A stretch of DNA of 42,325 bases from an uncultured Sulfurovum sp. GTDB lineage: Bacteria > Campylobacterota > Campylobacteria > Campylobacterales > Sulfurovaceae. Below the pieces are notes generated by a model. It was not told where the DNA came from. It saw only the letters and a list, made by a program, of their open reading frames with translations, and ran no database searches. The stretch covers positions 1-42,325 of the forward strand of contig CAYVNI010000286.1 in the NCBI GenBank assembly GCA_964452815.1, in the 5' to 3' direction. The translations under genes and the position numbers were made by a program. Positions 1 through 9,780 of the stretch are shown here, one piece after another (the first letter of the stretch is position 1; each line of letters begins with the position of its first letter).

Positions 1-918
1 ATTCCTGCTCCTCTTCGAGACAGAATGGAGTTTATTACAGTATCTTCATATACACCTGATGAGAAGTATGAGATAGCCAAGCAGTATCTTATCCCACAAG
101 AGCTAAAAAAACACGCTCTTTTAGAGGGGGAATTTGCGATAACGCCAAAGGCACTAAAGATTTTAATAGATGAGTATACACGAGAGCCTGGTGTGCGTGG
201 ATTACGTCGTAAGATATCAGAGTTGATGCGAAAATCTGCCACATTATTACTCAAAGATGAGACACTCAAAAGTATTAAGATAAAAGTAAAAGATTTACCA
301 AAATTTGCGGATAAAAAGGTGTTTGAGGTCTCAGCCATTGACAAAGCACCTCTAGTCGGTGTAGTAAATGGGTTAGCATGGACATCTGTGGGTGGTGATG
401 TTCTTAAAATAGAAGCGATTAAGATAAAAGGTAAGGGATTAGTAACCCTAACAGGTAGCCTTGGAGATGTGATGAAAGAGTCGGCTCATATCGCCTTCTC
501 TGTGGTAAAGATTTTAATTGACAATAAGCTATTAGAGGTTGAAAAAACAGATAAAGATATAGAGATATATAAGCAGTATGATTTGCATATTCACGTCCCA
601 GAGGGAGCAACCCCAAAAGATGGACCAAGTGCAGGAATCACAATGGCAACTGCCATCGCTTCGATTTTATCTGAGAAAAAGATTGATAACCAAGTAGCCA
701 TGACAGGAGAGTTAACCCTTACAGGAAAAGTTCTGCCAATAGGGGGGCTCAAAGAGAAGCTTATCGCGGCGTATAAAGCAGGAGTGACCAAAGCACTTAT
801 TCCTGATAAAAACTATGAGCGTGATTTGGATGAAATTCCCCACGAGGTTAAGAGTGCGATTAAGATAATTCCAGTCTCTAATATTGAAGAGGTGCTTTTA
901 GAAGTATTGGTTGATTAG
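1..918 (+). CDS. lon: ATP-dependent protease La (Lon), C-terminal part; 5' end is outside the window
   Basis: Frame is open from base 1 (IPAPLRDRMEFI...). Lon motifs GLAWT, HIHVPEGATPKDGPSAG (catalytic Ser) and PIGGLKEK (catalytic Lys). Confidence 0.97.
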   Translation: MPAPLRDRMEFITVSSYTPDEKYEIAKQYLIPQELKKHALLEGEFAITPKALKILIDEYTREPGVRGLRRKISELMRKSATLLLKDETLKSIKIKVKDLPKFADKKVFEVSAIDKAPLVGVVNGLAWTSVGGDVLKIEAIKIKGKGLVTLTGSLGDVMKESAHIAFSVVKILIDNKLLEVEKTDKDIEIYKQYDLHIHVPEGATPKDGPSAGITMATAIASILSEKKIDNQVAMTGELTLTGKVLPIGGLKEKLIAAYKAGVTKALIPDKNYERDLDEIPHEVKSAIKIIPVSNIEEVLLEVLVD

Positions 919-919
919 C

Positions 920-1960
920 ATGTCAAATATAATAAAATTTATTTTATCATTACTGCTGTTTACAGCGACCATCCAAGCCAAGGACTACAGAGAAAAAAAG
1001 GTTACAAAGAACTTTATTAATAAAATGGTAAAAGAACACCACTTTAAAAGGGCCTACCTAAACAAGCTTTTTAAAGAGGTTAAGTTCCAAAGAGGAGCTT
1101 TGGGAATGTTTAATCCAAAATATAGAAAGAAACCCAAAAAGAGTAGTCTAAAAAAGAGTAATCCAAAAAAGAAAATTTTGAAACAGGGTAGTTGGGATAG
1201 ACATGAGCAGATGCTGTTAGGAGAGACCAGAGTTAAAAAAGGGGTGCAGTATATGCGAGACTACCGAACGATATTTGGTAAGGTCTATAAACAATATGGT
1301 GTTCCCCCTGAGTATATCACCGCAATTATTGGGGTGGAGAGTTACTATGGGTACAATCGTGGGAAGTTTCCTGTGTTTGATACGCTAACCACTTTGGCAT
1401 TTGAGAAAAATAGACGGAGTAAGTATTTTAGATATGAACTCAAAAAGTTTCTGCTTCTTTCTCGGTCGGAGAAGTTTAATCCAAAAGATGTGAAAGGCTC
1501 ATTTGCAGGGGCGATTGGACTGGGGCAGTTTATGCCCAGTGCCTATAAACCCTTTGCTGTTGATTTTAATGGAGATGGCAAAAAGAGTATGCAGACCACT
1601 TCAGATGCCATTGCAGGGATAGCAAACTATTTCAAAAAAAATGGATGGAAGCAGGGAGAGCCTGTGGCTGTTAGGGTTTCATATGAGGGTAATCGCTATA
1701 AAGAGAGAAAAACAGGCTATCCTTATAAATATTTAAGGGCAGAGCTAACGGGGATAACTCCTAAATATGCCAAATGGCACTATGATGGTAAGGTTCGACT
1801 TATCAAACTTGAGAGATATGCGTATGATGAGCTTTGGTATGGAGCTAAAAATTTTTATGTGATAACACGATATAATCATAGCTCCTATTATGCTATGGCG
1901 ATACATCAACTGGCTCAAAAGATAAAAAAAGCGTACAAAAAAAAGTATGCTTCAAATTAA
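920..1960 (+). CDS. mltB: Lytic murein transglycosylase B (SLT_2/MltB family)
   Basis: AIIGVESYYG (catalytic Glu), GSFAGAIGLGQFMPS, VDFNGDG EF-hand-like loop, ITRYNHSSYYAMA. Signal peptide from ATG 920, preferred over TTG 911. Confidence 0.9.
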   Translation: MSNIIKFILSLLLFTATIQAKDYREKKVTKNFINKMVKEHHFKRAYLNKLFKEVKFQRGALGMFNPKYRKKPKKSSLKKSNPKKKILKQGSWDRHEQMLLGETRVKKGVQYMRDYRTIFGKVYKQYGVPPEYITAIIGVESYYGYNRGKFPVFDTLTTLAFEKNRRSKYFRYELKKFLLLSRSEKFNPKDVKGSFAGAIGLGQFMPSAYKPFAVDFNGDGKKSMQTTSDAIAGIANYFKKNGWKQGEPVAVRVSYEGNRYKERKTGYPYKYLRAELTGITPKYAKWHYDGKVRLIKLERYAYDELWYGAKNFYVITRYNHSSYYAMAIHQLAQKIKKAYKKKYASN

Positions 1961-2005
1961 TGAACATTATATATCTTGGATTCACATTATAAAAGTTCTC
2001 TATTT

Positions 2006-2386
2006 TTAATTTAGAGAGTTTGATGAGGATAGTATTGAAGAGAGTAGTTTCTCTTCAGTAATGGGTTTTACCAAAAAATCATAAGCCCCTGCGTTAAAGG
2101 CATCTTTTTTACAGAGGTCATTGGAGGAAATGGCAACAACGGGTGCATGTTTAAAAAGAGAGTTGCTAAAATATTTTTCTAAAAACTCTATACCATCGAT
2201 AATAGGCATCTCTATATCAAGTAGAATTAGATGAATATCATTCTCTTTTTGACAGATATCTAGAGCCTCTTTTCCATTACAGGCTTCAAGTGTTTGTACT
2301 TTGTATAGCTTTTTATGGAGAATGGAGCTTAAAAGTTTTCTATTAATATAATCATCATCTACTACCAATACCTTAAACTGAACCAT
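2006..2386 (-). CDS. Single-domain (CheY-like) response regulator
   Basis: VLVVDDD, LILLDIEMP (phospho-acceptor Asp), FLVKP; no output domain. Confidence 0.9.
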   Translation of the reverse strand: MVQFKVLVVDDDYINRKLLSSILHKKLYKVQTLEACNGKEALDICQKENDIHLILLDIEMPIIDGIEFLEKYFSNSLFKHAPVVAISSNDLCKKDAFNAGAYDFLVKPITEEKLLSSILSSSNSLN

Positions 2387-5300
2387 CTATCTGCTCCTAT
2401 ATTTTTCAATAACACTCATCAGTTTATCTTTGCTCATCACACCGATAATCTCCTCTTGAATATAGCTATTTGGAAGTTTATCATTGGGATCATTAAGACT
2501 AAGACGAATGATGTTCATTCTATTATGATGTTTGGAGAGGGCTTTTTGATGTAGCACTTCAATCTCAATATCAATAAATAGTAAATCATAATTGATATCT
2601 TGAACTTTACTTTCAAGATTTTTAACGGTGTCTAAAATTTCAATTTTATATGTTAAATTAGAGAGAACCTTGGAGAGTATTTGTGCCTCAAGAGGATTTT
2701 TTTTTGCAATTAGTATGAATCGTTCACCTCTCTCTTCTTCTTCTTCAAGGAGCAGTGTAATGCCATTTGATTGGATGATAGATGTTGGTTTTATCGTCTC
2801 TAGGATATCACCCTGTTGCTTGTTATTTTTATCTATATTTTTATCTTTATCATTATTTTCATCATTTTTGGGTTTACTCTCCTCCTCTTCCTTGTTAGAG
2901 AAGTCCTGTTCTAAAAACTTTTTAAGAATAAAGAGCAGTTCATTGGTCTCAATAGGTTTGGGGATATAATCATCCAATCCCTCTTCTATAAAACGCTCTT
3001 TATCCCCTTTTAGTGCATTGGCTGTGAGTGCTATGATGGGTGTGTGTTTAAGTTTTTCCTCTGCTTCATAGTTTAAGATTTCATGGGTTGCCTCAACCCC
3101 ATCCATAACAGGCATCTGTATGTCCATAAATATCAAATCATAGCTGTTGGTTCGGTATCTTTCAAATGCTTCAAGACCATTATTGGCAAGTTCAACTTCT
3201 AGACCATAACGTATAAGAATCTGTTTGACAAGCTTTTGATTAATAAAGTTATCTTCTGCTACTAAAATTTTACCTTTGAATTGAATATTTTGAAATTGTA
3301 CAGCTTTATTGGAGAGTTTATTTGGCTCCTCACTATTGCTGTTTTGCTCTTTTTGAACCTCTGCAATGGCATTAATATTGTTGAGTATTTTTGTGGGTGT
3401 AACAGGTTTATAGATAATTTTACTTTTAGAGAGACCATAGCTCTCAATTTTTGCTCTATTTGAAAAACCTGAGATGATAGTAACTCTCTTGGAGTTTAAC
3501 TTTTTTATGTGTGTTAAGATGTCATCGTTTATATTGTCAATATCTATCCAAATATTGTTGGATTTAGACTCATCTCCAAACAGTTTTAAATCAGAAGCGG
3601 TATGCAATTTTTGAATTTCAAGGTTAAAATAGTTAAGATACTTTTCGATATTAATATCATTTTTCTGTGCTACTCTATTTTGATATTTAACAATAGAAAC
3701 ATCTCGGTCGATACTCATGTCACAAAGTGAAGTTTCCTCTTCAAGCTCTTCTAATCTTAATGTAAAGTAAAATCTTGTCCCTTTCTCTTTTTGACTCTCT
3801 AGTTTTAGTTCACTCTCCATCAGTTCCAAGAATTTTGTTGAGATGGTAAGCCCCAATCCTGTCCCTCCATATTTTCTTGTGATAGAGACATCGGCTTGTG
3901 CAAACGCAGCAAAGACATTGAGCTGTTGCTCTTTGGTCATTCCTACCCCATCATCCTCAATACTAAATGAGATAACGGCTCTGTTGTCTTTGGATATTAC
4001 TTTGAGTATCTCTACATCTATGTGTCCTCCAAAGTCTGTAAATTTTACAGCATTACTCATAAGGTTAATGAGTACTTCTTTAATTTTTATTGCATCACCT
4101 AAAAGTTTTTTGTTTATTTGTGGGTCAAGATAGAAGGTAAGCTCTATCTCTTTTTCTGAAGCCTTTACCCCATAGGTCTCGATGGCGTTCTCGAACTCAA
4201 CAATAGGATCAAAGACGATGTTTTCTATCTCTACATTGTTACTCTCTATTTTTGAGAGGTCAAGTATATTATTGATAATACTTAGAAGATTCTCTGAACT
4301 TTTTTCAATAATTGAGGTAAACTCTGTCTGCTCTCCATCAAGTTCAGTGCTTTGGAGTAGTTGTGTAAATCCTACAATACCGTTGAGAGGGGTTCGAATT
4401 TCATGAGACATATTGGCTAAAAATAGAGATTTTGAAGCATTTGCTTCGAGTGCTTGTCTTTTGTCTTGTCGTGCATTTTCAATTAGAATTTCTAAAAATC
4501 GATAAGCATCTTTAATGCCTTTATTGGTATTGAGATTAATACTTTTGATGGTGTTTAAGCTTGGAACATCAAAGTTTTCATCAGACTCTACCTCTTTTAC
4601 TGTATTGTTTAAAATGTCTTCCAAGCTTTTGATGTTATTAGAGATTTCATTTCTTGTTTTGTAGCCTAAAAAAGTAAGAAGTAGTGCTAAAATCCAAAAA
4701 AAAGTTGCCACAATTAAAATAATAATGTACTGTAATATATAGGCATCATTTTTTATCGTCAGTGATTTTTCAATCTCTTTTTGAATTAAGGCAAATTGGT
4801 TAATTTTATCGGTGTGCATAATGTGCCAACTCACAGGGTCAATAGAAAACTGTCCATCATTGATATTTGATTGTAGTTTTGAGTATGAGGTCTCTATCTC
4901 TCGGTGAATATTTTTATAATCCCGTGTGTCAATATGAAGATTAATTTTATCTCTCAAATCCAAATCACCAACCTCTAAAGGTGAAAAAGTATTGGATTTA
5001 CTCTTGGCATAGTTCCAAAAAGTGATATCTTTTTGTGTTAATGCTATCTGTTTCATTAAAAAATAGTTGACAAAATCTCTCTCTAATGAGGAGTACTCCG
5101 TGGCAATATATAGCTGAGAGAGAGAGGTTACTAAAGAGGCTATCTCATCATTTAGTTTATAGTGATTAATAAGAAGTTGTTGTTCTAGTATTGGAGTGGT
5201 TAGGGTTCTTGTATATTTTTTGTCAAATGCCTGATAAAATGATAGCTTTCTTTGGTCAATTTTCGCTCGATAGGAGGGGAGTTTGTCAAGATTATCAAAA

Positions 5301-5659
5301 ATATTTTGGGAAATATGTTTATTTTGAAATTTTGACAATCCAGAAAAGGGAGACTGTTTATTAATAGGGACAATATGTTGCTTCATTCTTTCAATAGAAG
5401 CATCGGTATTAAGCCTCTGTCTTATAAGCTCATCTTTTGCTTTTTTCCCTTTTGAACCAAGAAAAATAGAGTTTAGTCCTCTCTCTTTTCCCAGCTCTGT
5501 AATGGTATCATTAAAAAAGATATTGTTTTTTATAATGGTTTTTAGCTCATTAGCCTTATGATATTGACCATAAGAGGTAAAAAAAAAGTAGCTAGAGACA
5601 ATGAAAAGCAGTATTATAGGCAACATACTTATTAATCGTAATTTATTATTTATCTGCAT
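2387..5659 (-). CDS. Membrane-bound hybrid sensor histidine kinase (NIT-like sensor, HisKA, HATPase, receiver domains)
   Basis: Two TM segments flank a helical periplasmic region with ELGKERG and SSLERD (NIT-type). H-box FLANMSHEIRTPLNG, NLMSNAVKFT, DDGVGM, GGTGLGL; REC LIFMDIQMPVMDG...KP. Confidence 0.9.
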   Translation of the reverse strand: MQINNKLRLISMLPIILLFIVSSYFFFTSYGQYHKANELKTIIKNNIFFNDTITELGKERGLNSIFLGSKGKKAKDELIRQRLNTDASIERMKQHIVPINKQSPFSGLSKFQNKHISQNIFDNLDKLPSYRAKIDQRKLSFYQAFDKKYTRTLTTPILEQQLLINHYKLNDEIASLVTSLSQLYIATEYSSLERDFVNYFLMKQIALTQKDITFWNYAKSKSNTFSPLEVGDLDLRDKINLHIDTRDYKNIHREIETSYSKLQSNINDGQFSIDPVSWHIMHTDKINQFALIQKEIEKSLTIKNDAYILQYIIILIVATFFWILALLLTFLGYKTRNEISNNIKSLEDILNNTVKEVESDENFDVPSLNTIKSINLNTNKGIKDAYRFLEILIENARQDKRQALEANASKSLFLANMSHEIRTPLNGIVGFTQLLQSTELDGEQTEFTSIIEKSSENLLSIINNILDLSKIESNNVEIENIVFDPIVEFENAIETYGVKASEKEIELTFYLDPQINKKLLGDAIKIKEVLINLMSNAVKFTDFGGHIDVEILKVISKDNRAVISFSIEDDGVGMTKEQQLNVFAAFAQADVSITRKYGGTGLGLTISTKFLELMESELKLESQKEKGTRFYFTLRLEELEEETSLCDMSIDRDVSIVKYQNRVAQKNDINIEKYLNYFNLEIQKLHTASDLKLFGDESKSNNIWIDIDNINDDILTHIKKLNSKRVTIISGFSNRAKIESYGLSKSKIIYKPVTPTKILNNINAIAEVQKEQNSNSEEPNKLSNKAVQFQNIQFKGKILVAEDNFINQKLVKQILIRYGLEVELANNGLEAFERYRTNSYDLIFMDIQMPVMDGVEATHEILNYEAEEKLKHTPIIALTANALKGDKERFIEEGLDDYIPKPIETNELLFILKKFLEQDFSNKEEEESKPKNDENNDKDKNIDKNNKQQGDILETIKPTSIIQSNGITLLLEEEEERGERFILIAKKNPLEAQILSKVLSNLTYKIEILDTVKNLESKVQDINYDLLFIDIEIEVLHQKALSKHHNRMNIIRLSLNDPNDKLPNSYIQEEIIGVMSKDKLMSVIEKYRSR

Positions 5660-5681
5660 GATAGAACCTTTCTTTGTCTAT

Positions 5682-6863
5682 TTAAATAGTGTTTCTCTGT
5701 TTCATATAATCCTCTAACGAGATAAATAGACCCCAATATTTTGTAAATAAAGATTCTAATTTATCATAGTTTGTAGAGAATTGAATCTCCTCTAAAACAT
5801 CTGCTAGTTCATTGATACGAAGGTTACTCGCAGCCCCTTTTAACTTATGTCCAAGCTCATGAATATTATCAATATCTTTTTGATAATAGGATGTTAAAAG
5901 GTGATCTTTGTCATGGTGAGCCTGTTCAATAAAATCCTCAACAAACTCTTCGATTAGCACAACGGGTAGATTTAATTCATTGGCTGCAATTTTAGGGTTA
6001 TAATTAATAGGCAGAGCCTTTACATTATCAAGAGTAAATTTGGTCTCTTCTTTATTTTTCTCTTCTTGATTGCTCTCTTTTGGTTGAGCAGTAGGAGTAA
6101 CTTTCTCTTGAGCCTCTTCTAAATCAAACAGTGCTAAGTCGTTATCAAGGTCAAAGTCAAGAGAGAGTTCCTCCTCTTTCTTGTCAACATTAGAGAGAAG
6201 TTCGGTAAAGGTACTGTTGAGTTTTTCCTCTTTTTGCACCATATCTAAGGAGTCTTTTTCCAAAAGATTTTTCATCTCTGCTTGATGAATATTGGTAGGC
6301 TTTTTAAGTGTTAGGAGTGCGAGTTTAGTATAGTACTCATCAACCAAAGGGAGACGCTCATCTTTTGGTAACTTTTTGATTTTTAGTAGCAGTATATTAA
6401 TATTTGGTATCTTAAGTGTTAGTGCAAGGTTAGATAAGTTTTTAACTACCTTATCATCTCCATCTTGAAGACGTTGCTCATCAATAATTGATTGGTCTAT
6501 AAAACTATCAAGGTAGAGTTTATAATCTTCAACAGACAATCCAATCTCTTGTGCAATTTTAGCCACATCAAGATAAATCGGTTCGTAATTGATATGGATA
6601 TTATACCCTTCACTATTGGTTTCAATAGCATTAGACAGCTCTATTAATTTTATCTCTTCACCATTTGTATAGAGTATACTCTCTTTGAAATTGGCGATAA
6701 TCTTTCTATCTTGGTTTAAAAATTCTAATTTGTTGTTCTCAAACGTAATACTATTTATAGCTTTAGCAGTTAAAAGTTCATTAAATGTTGCGTATCCAAG
6801 TAGCTCAATAAATTTTTTATCTGCTAATATTAATTCTTTTTTATCATTGTATCCGTAATACAT
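5682..6863 (-). CDS. Hpt domain phosphotransfer protein
   Basis: C-terminal HELGHKLKGAASNL matches the Hpt consensus (HxLKGaa); acidic linker; a degenerate upstream copy of the domain. Confidence 0.82.
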   Translation of the reverse strand: MYYGYNDKKELILADKKFIELLGYATFNELLTAKAINSITFENNKLEFLNQDRKIIANFKESILYTNGEEIKLIELSNAIETNSEGYNIHINYEPIYLDVAKIAQEIGLSVEDYKLYLDSFIDQSIIDEQRLQDGDDKVVKNLSNLALTLKIPNINILLLKIKKLPKDERLPLVDEYYTKLALLTLKKPTNIHQAEMKNLLEKDSLDMVQKEEKLNSTFTELLSNVDKKEEELSLDFDLDNDLALFDLEEAQEKVTPTAQPKESNQEEKNKEETKFTLDNVKALPINYNPKIAANELNLPVVLIEEFVEDFIEQAHHDKDHLLTSYYQKDIDNIHELGHKLKGAASNLRINELADVLEEIQFSTNYDKLESLFTKYWGLFISLEDYMKQRNTI

Positions 6864-6881
6864 ACTTATTTACCTCATTTT

Positions 6882-7280
6882 TTAATCATATTGAGCGTAT
6901 CGCTCAAGTTCTTCTTCTATATCTATTTTCGACGCTGGTTTATGTACCACAATAAAACCGATGACATTATCATCTTTATCACGTTTTGGTGTACAGTGAA
7001 TACTGCTCCAAAAATACATACCATCACGTCTTATATTTTTAATAGTAGAAAACCATTTTTTTAGTCTTTCTTCCGTTGACCATAGTTTCTCATAAATTTT
7101 ATCAGGGACATCAGGGTGTCTAAAAACCTCATGATTTTTTCCAATCAACTCTTTTTTCCGAAAACCTGTTACCTCGGCAAAGTTTGAATTGCTAAAAGTG
7201 ATGATACCATTTATATCAATTTCATATATTAAATTTGTTGTGTAGGTATATTCAATATCTAATGCAATAAGCTGATGCAT
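6882..7280 (-). CDS. Stand-alone Aer/CetB-type PAS domain protein
   Basis: DINGIITFSNSNFAEVTGF..ELIGKNH..RHPDVP....LW...KNIRRDG.YFW, the pattern of FAD-binding Aer-type PAS domains. Confidence 0.85.
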   Translation of the reverse strand: MHQLIALDIEYTYTTNLIYEIDINGIITFSNSNFAEVTGFRKKELIGKNHEVFRHPDVPDKIYEKLWSTEERLKKWFSTIKNIRRDGMYFWSSIHCTPKRDKDDNVIGFIVVHKPASKIDIEEELERYAQYD

Positions 7281-7456
7281 AAGTTTCCTTTCTAAGAGAG
7301 TAAATTAATTTATAACCAGTAACTTTATTATAAAAATACTAAATATTTATTTAAATAAAACTATTTGATTGTATTAAAGAAAAAAATTAAGGTCTATTTT
7401 ACATTTATAAATAATAAATGTTCATTTTGAGTACCTAATTAACATTATACAATAAT

Positions 7457-9235
7457 TTATGTTTTTAAATTCTTAGCGATTCTTGGAGAGGTGGCAAGTG
7501 CCAGTTCTTTGAAAGTGGCATCTTTTATCGCGTCAAAAGTGCCAAAATAGTTAAGAAGCTTCTTAATCGTGGCAGGACCTATCCCTCTTTTTTGAAGCAG
7601 TGAGTTTTGGGTATCCTCTTTTCGTTTTTTGTTTTGGTGATAGGTGATGGCAAAACGGTGTGCCTCGTCTCGTTGATGCTGTACCCACTGTAGACGTTTA
7701 TCCGTAGGGCTTAATTCAAAAACAGACTCTTTGGTATAGATAATGTCTTTAGCCGACCCTTTGGCTCGGTGGGCTTTGGAATCAAGTTTCTCTTTGGCAA
7801 TGGCAATAACATCTAGGTTCAGATTAACCTCTTCAAGAAGTTGCATGGCGAGTCGTCTTAGGGTCTCTCCTCCATCAAGTATCCATAAATCAGGTGCAGG
7901 ATTATTATCAAAACTCTTAATTCGTCGTGTTAGCATCTCCTTCATCTGTCCATACTCATCTTTGGATTGAAGTTCATAGCGTCGGTAGTGATTTTTTTGC
8001 CATTTATTTTCATTCCAAACCACCATGGCTCCTACCGTAGCTACCCCCATCATGTGGGAGTTGTCAAAAGACTCAACCCTATACGGTAGCGTCTCTAGCT
8101 CAAAAAGTTCAGATATCTTAGGCTCTATCTCCTCTCTATCTCTTTGTTTTAAAATCTCAAGGGCATTGCTAATGGCAAGATTGGTTAATCTTTTTTTTGA
8201 GCCTTTTAATGGGAATTGGATGGTTATCTTTTTAGAGAAGCGTTGAGATAATAGGGTTGATATCTCCTCTTTATCTTCGAAACTATCGGCAACCAAAATT
8301 GTTTTGGCGATTTGTGGTATGTCAGTATGATAAAACTCCAATATCGCCTGTTTGTAGGCTTCATTTTCTTCATAAATATCTACAGCTCTAAAGGTTGAAA
8401 ATGCAGAGGAGATAATTTTGCCTTGACGCATAAAGAGTTTAATAATAACCCCTTGGCTCTCTTCATTGACAATGGCAAAAATATCCATATCTTCCAATGA
8501 TTTAAGGTCAAGATTAGAGCCAATGGTGAGTTTTTCAAGTGTTTGAATATTGTCCCGAAGTTTTCCTGCCTCTTCATAGCGTTCACTTTGTGCTAGTTTC
8601 ATCATCTTCTCTTGTAACACTTCTATTAGAATATGACGTTTACTTATTGACTCTTTGGCTCTTATAATAATTTCTTGATATGTCTCTTTTGTAACTTTTC
8701 CCTCACATGGTGCCAAACACTTCTCTATTTGATAAAAAAGACAGGCTTTTTTTCCATTAAGGCATGATTTTTTTTGAACCAGAGGGAAAACCTCATAGAG
8801 GGCATCAAGTAGAACTTTTCCTCCATTTGGGAAAGGGCCATAATAGGAGATATTTTTACCTTTGATAATTTTTCGAGTGAGTTCAAACCGTGGAAATGCT
8901 TGGGATTCATCTATATAGATATAGGGATAGGTTTTATCATCACGAAGCAGAATATTATATTTTGGATTTAACTGCTTGATAAGAGAGTTCTCCAAAATAA
9001 GTGCATCTGTTTCTGTCTCGACGATTATATATTCAAGTGTTACTGCTTGTGCTAACATTCGTGTGATTCTAATTTCAAGGGTAGAGTTAGGGTGTAGTGT
9101 TGGGGTAAAACGCCAATAGCTTTTAACTCTATTTTTAAGATTTTTAGCTTTGCCTACATATAAAAGTCTACCATTGGCATCAAAATATTGATAAATCCCT
9201 GCGTGGGTGGGTAGATTTTGAATGGTTTGTAGCAT
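7457..9235 (-). CDS. uvrC: Excinuclease ABC subunit C
   Basis: GIY-YIG (GIYQY...LYVGKAKNL), ESFDNSH, ILDGG, RDEAHRFAITYH, HhH GIGPAT. Confidence 0.97.
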   Translation of the reverse strand: MLQTIQNLPTHAGIYQYFDANGRLLYVGKAKNLKNRVKSYWRFTPTLHPNSTLEIRITRMLAQAVTLEYIIVETETDALILENSLIKQLNPKYNILLRDDKTYPYIYIDESQAFPRFELTRKIIKGKNISYYGPFPNGGKVLLDALYEVFPLVQKKSCLNGKKACLFYQIEKCLAPCEGKVTKETYQEIIIRAKESISKRHILIEVLQEKMMKLAQSERYEEAGKLRDNIQTLEKLTIGSNLDLKSLEDMDIFAIVNEESQGVIIKLFMRQGKIISSAFSTFRAVDIYEENEAYKQAILEFYHTDIPQIAKTILVADSFEDKEEISTLLSQRFSKKITIQFPLKGSKKRLTNLAISNALEILKQRDREEIEPKISELFELETLPYRVESFDNSHMMGVATVGAMVVWNENKWQKNHYRRYELQSKDEYGQMKEMLTRRIKSFDNNPAPDLWILDGGETLRRLAMQLLEEVNLNLDVIAIAKEKLDSKAHRAKGSAKDIIYTKESVFELSPTDKRLQWVQHQRDEAHRFAITYHQNKKRKEDTQNSLLQKRGIGPATIKKLLNYFGTFDAIKDATFKELALATSPRIAKNLKT

Positions 9236-9679
9236 TTAGTTATCTCTTATGGAGTTTTTAATTTTAGAAAAGGCTTCGAGTAGCTCTTTATCTTCACTCT
9301 CTACCGTAAAATCACCATGTGCCATCTCTTGATAATAGGGAACAGTCGAGATGATTTTTTTCTCTTTTAGAATTGAGATATGTTTTGAGTTAAAGAGTAT
9401 CACCTTTGAGGCACTCATTTGTTGACACTTTTCGTCACTCTTGGCTAAAATACTTAATAGAGTTCTTAATAAATCTTTATTATAATTGAGTTCCATTTTA
9501 AACCCTGGGTGAGAGAGTGCTACAAAAAGTGTATCTTCTCGAAGATAGACAAAGGCGATAGCTTTTTGAAACCTAGGAGCCAAAAGGGAGAGAAACTTCT
9601 GATAGCAGTAGTGCTTCTTAAGTAATTTAAACTCAGGTAGGTTGATTATATGCGAAAGAATAGTATGGGCATTTTTCAT
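9236..9679 (-). CDS. DUF721/DciA-like protein
   Basis: FVYLREDTLFVALSHPGFKMEL resembles the DUF721 core; conserved position upstream of uvrC in Campylobacterota. Confidence 0.55.
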   Translation of the reverse strand: MKNAHTILSHIINLPEFKLLKKHYCYQKFLSLLAPRFQKAIAFVYLREDTLFVALSHPGFKMELNYNKDLLRTLLSILAKSDEKCQQMSASKVILFNSKHISILKEKKIISTVPYYQEMAHGDFTVESEDKELLEAFSKIKNSIRDN

Positions 9680-9778
9680 ATTTTAATTATAACATTTTTT
9701 AGCTTTTTTTTATTGAATGGTTGTGGATATAAGGCTGACCCATATTGGGTTCAAGAAAGTGACAATAGGGGGAAATAG
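9665..9778 (+). CDS. Small lipoprotein, LptM/YifL-like (37 aa; not in the ORF track)
   Basis: MGIFHILIITFFSFFLLNGCGYKADPYWVQESDNRGK*: hydrophobic signal, lipobox LNG-C, CGxKxxxY motif; stop lies 2 nt before the nadB ATG. Confidence 0.7.
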   Translation: MGIFHILIITFFSFFLLNGCGYKADPYWVQESDNRGK

Positions 9779-9780
9779 TC

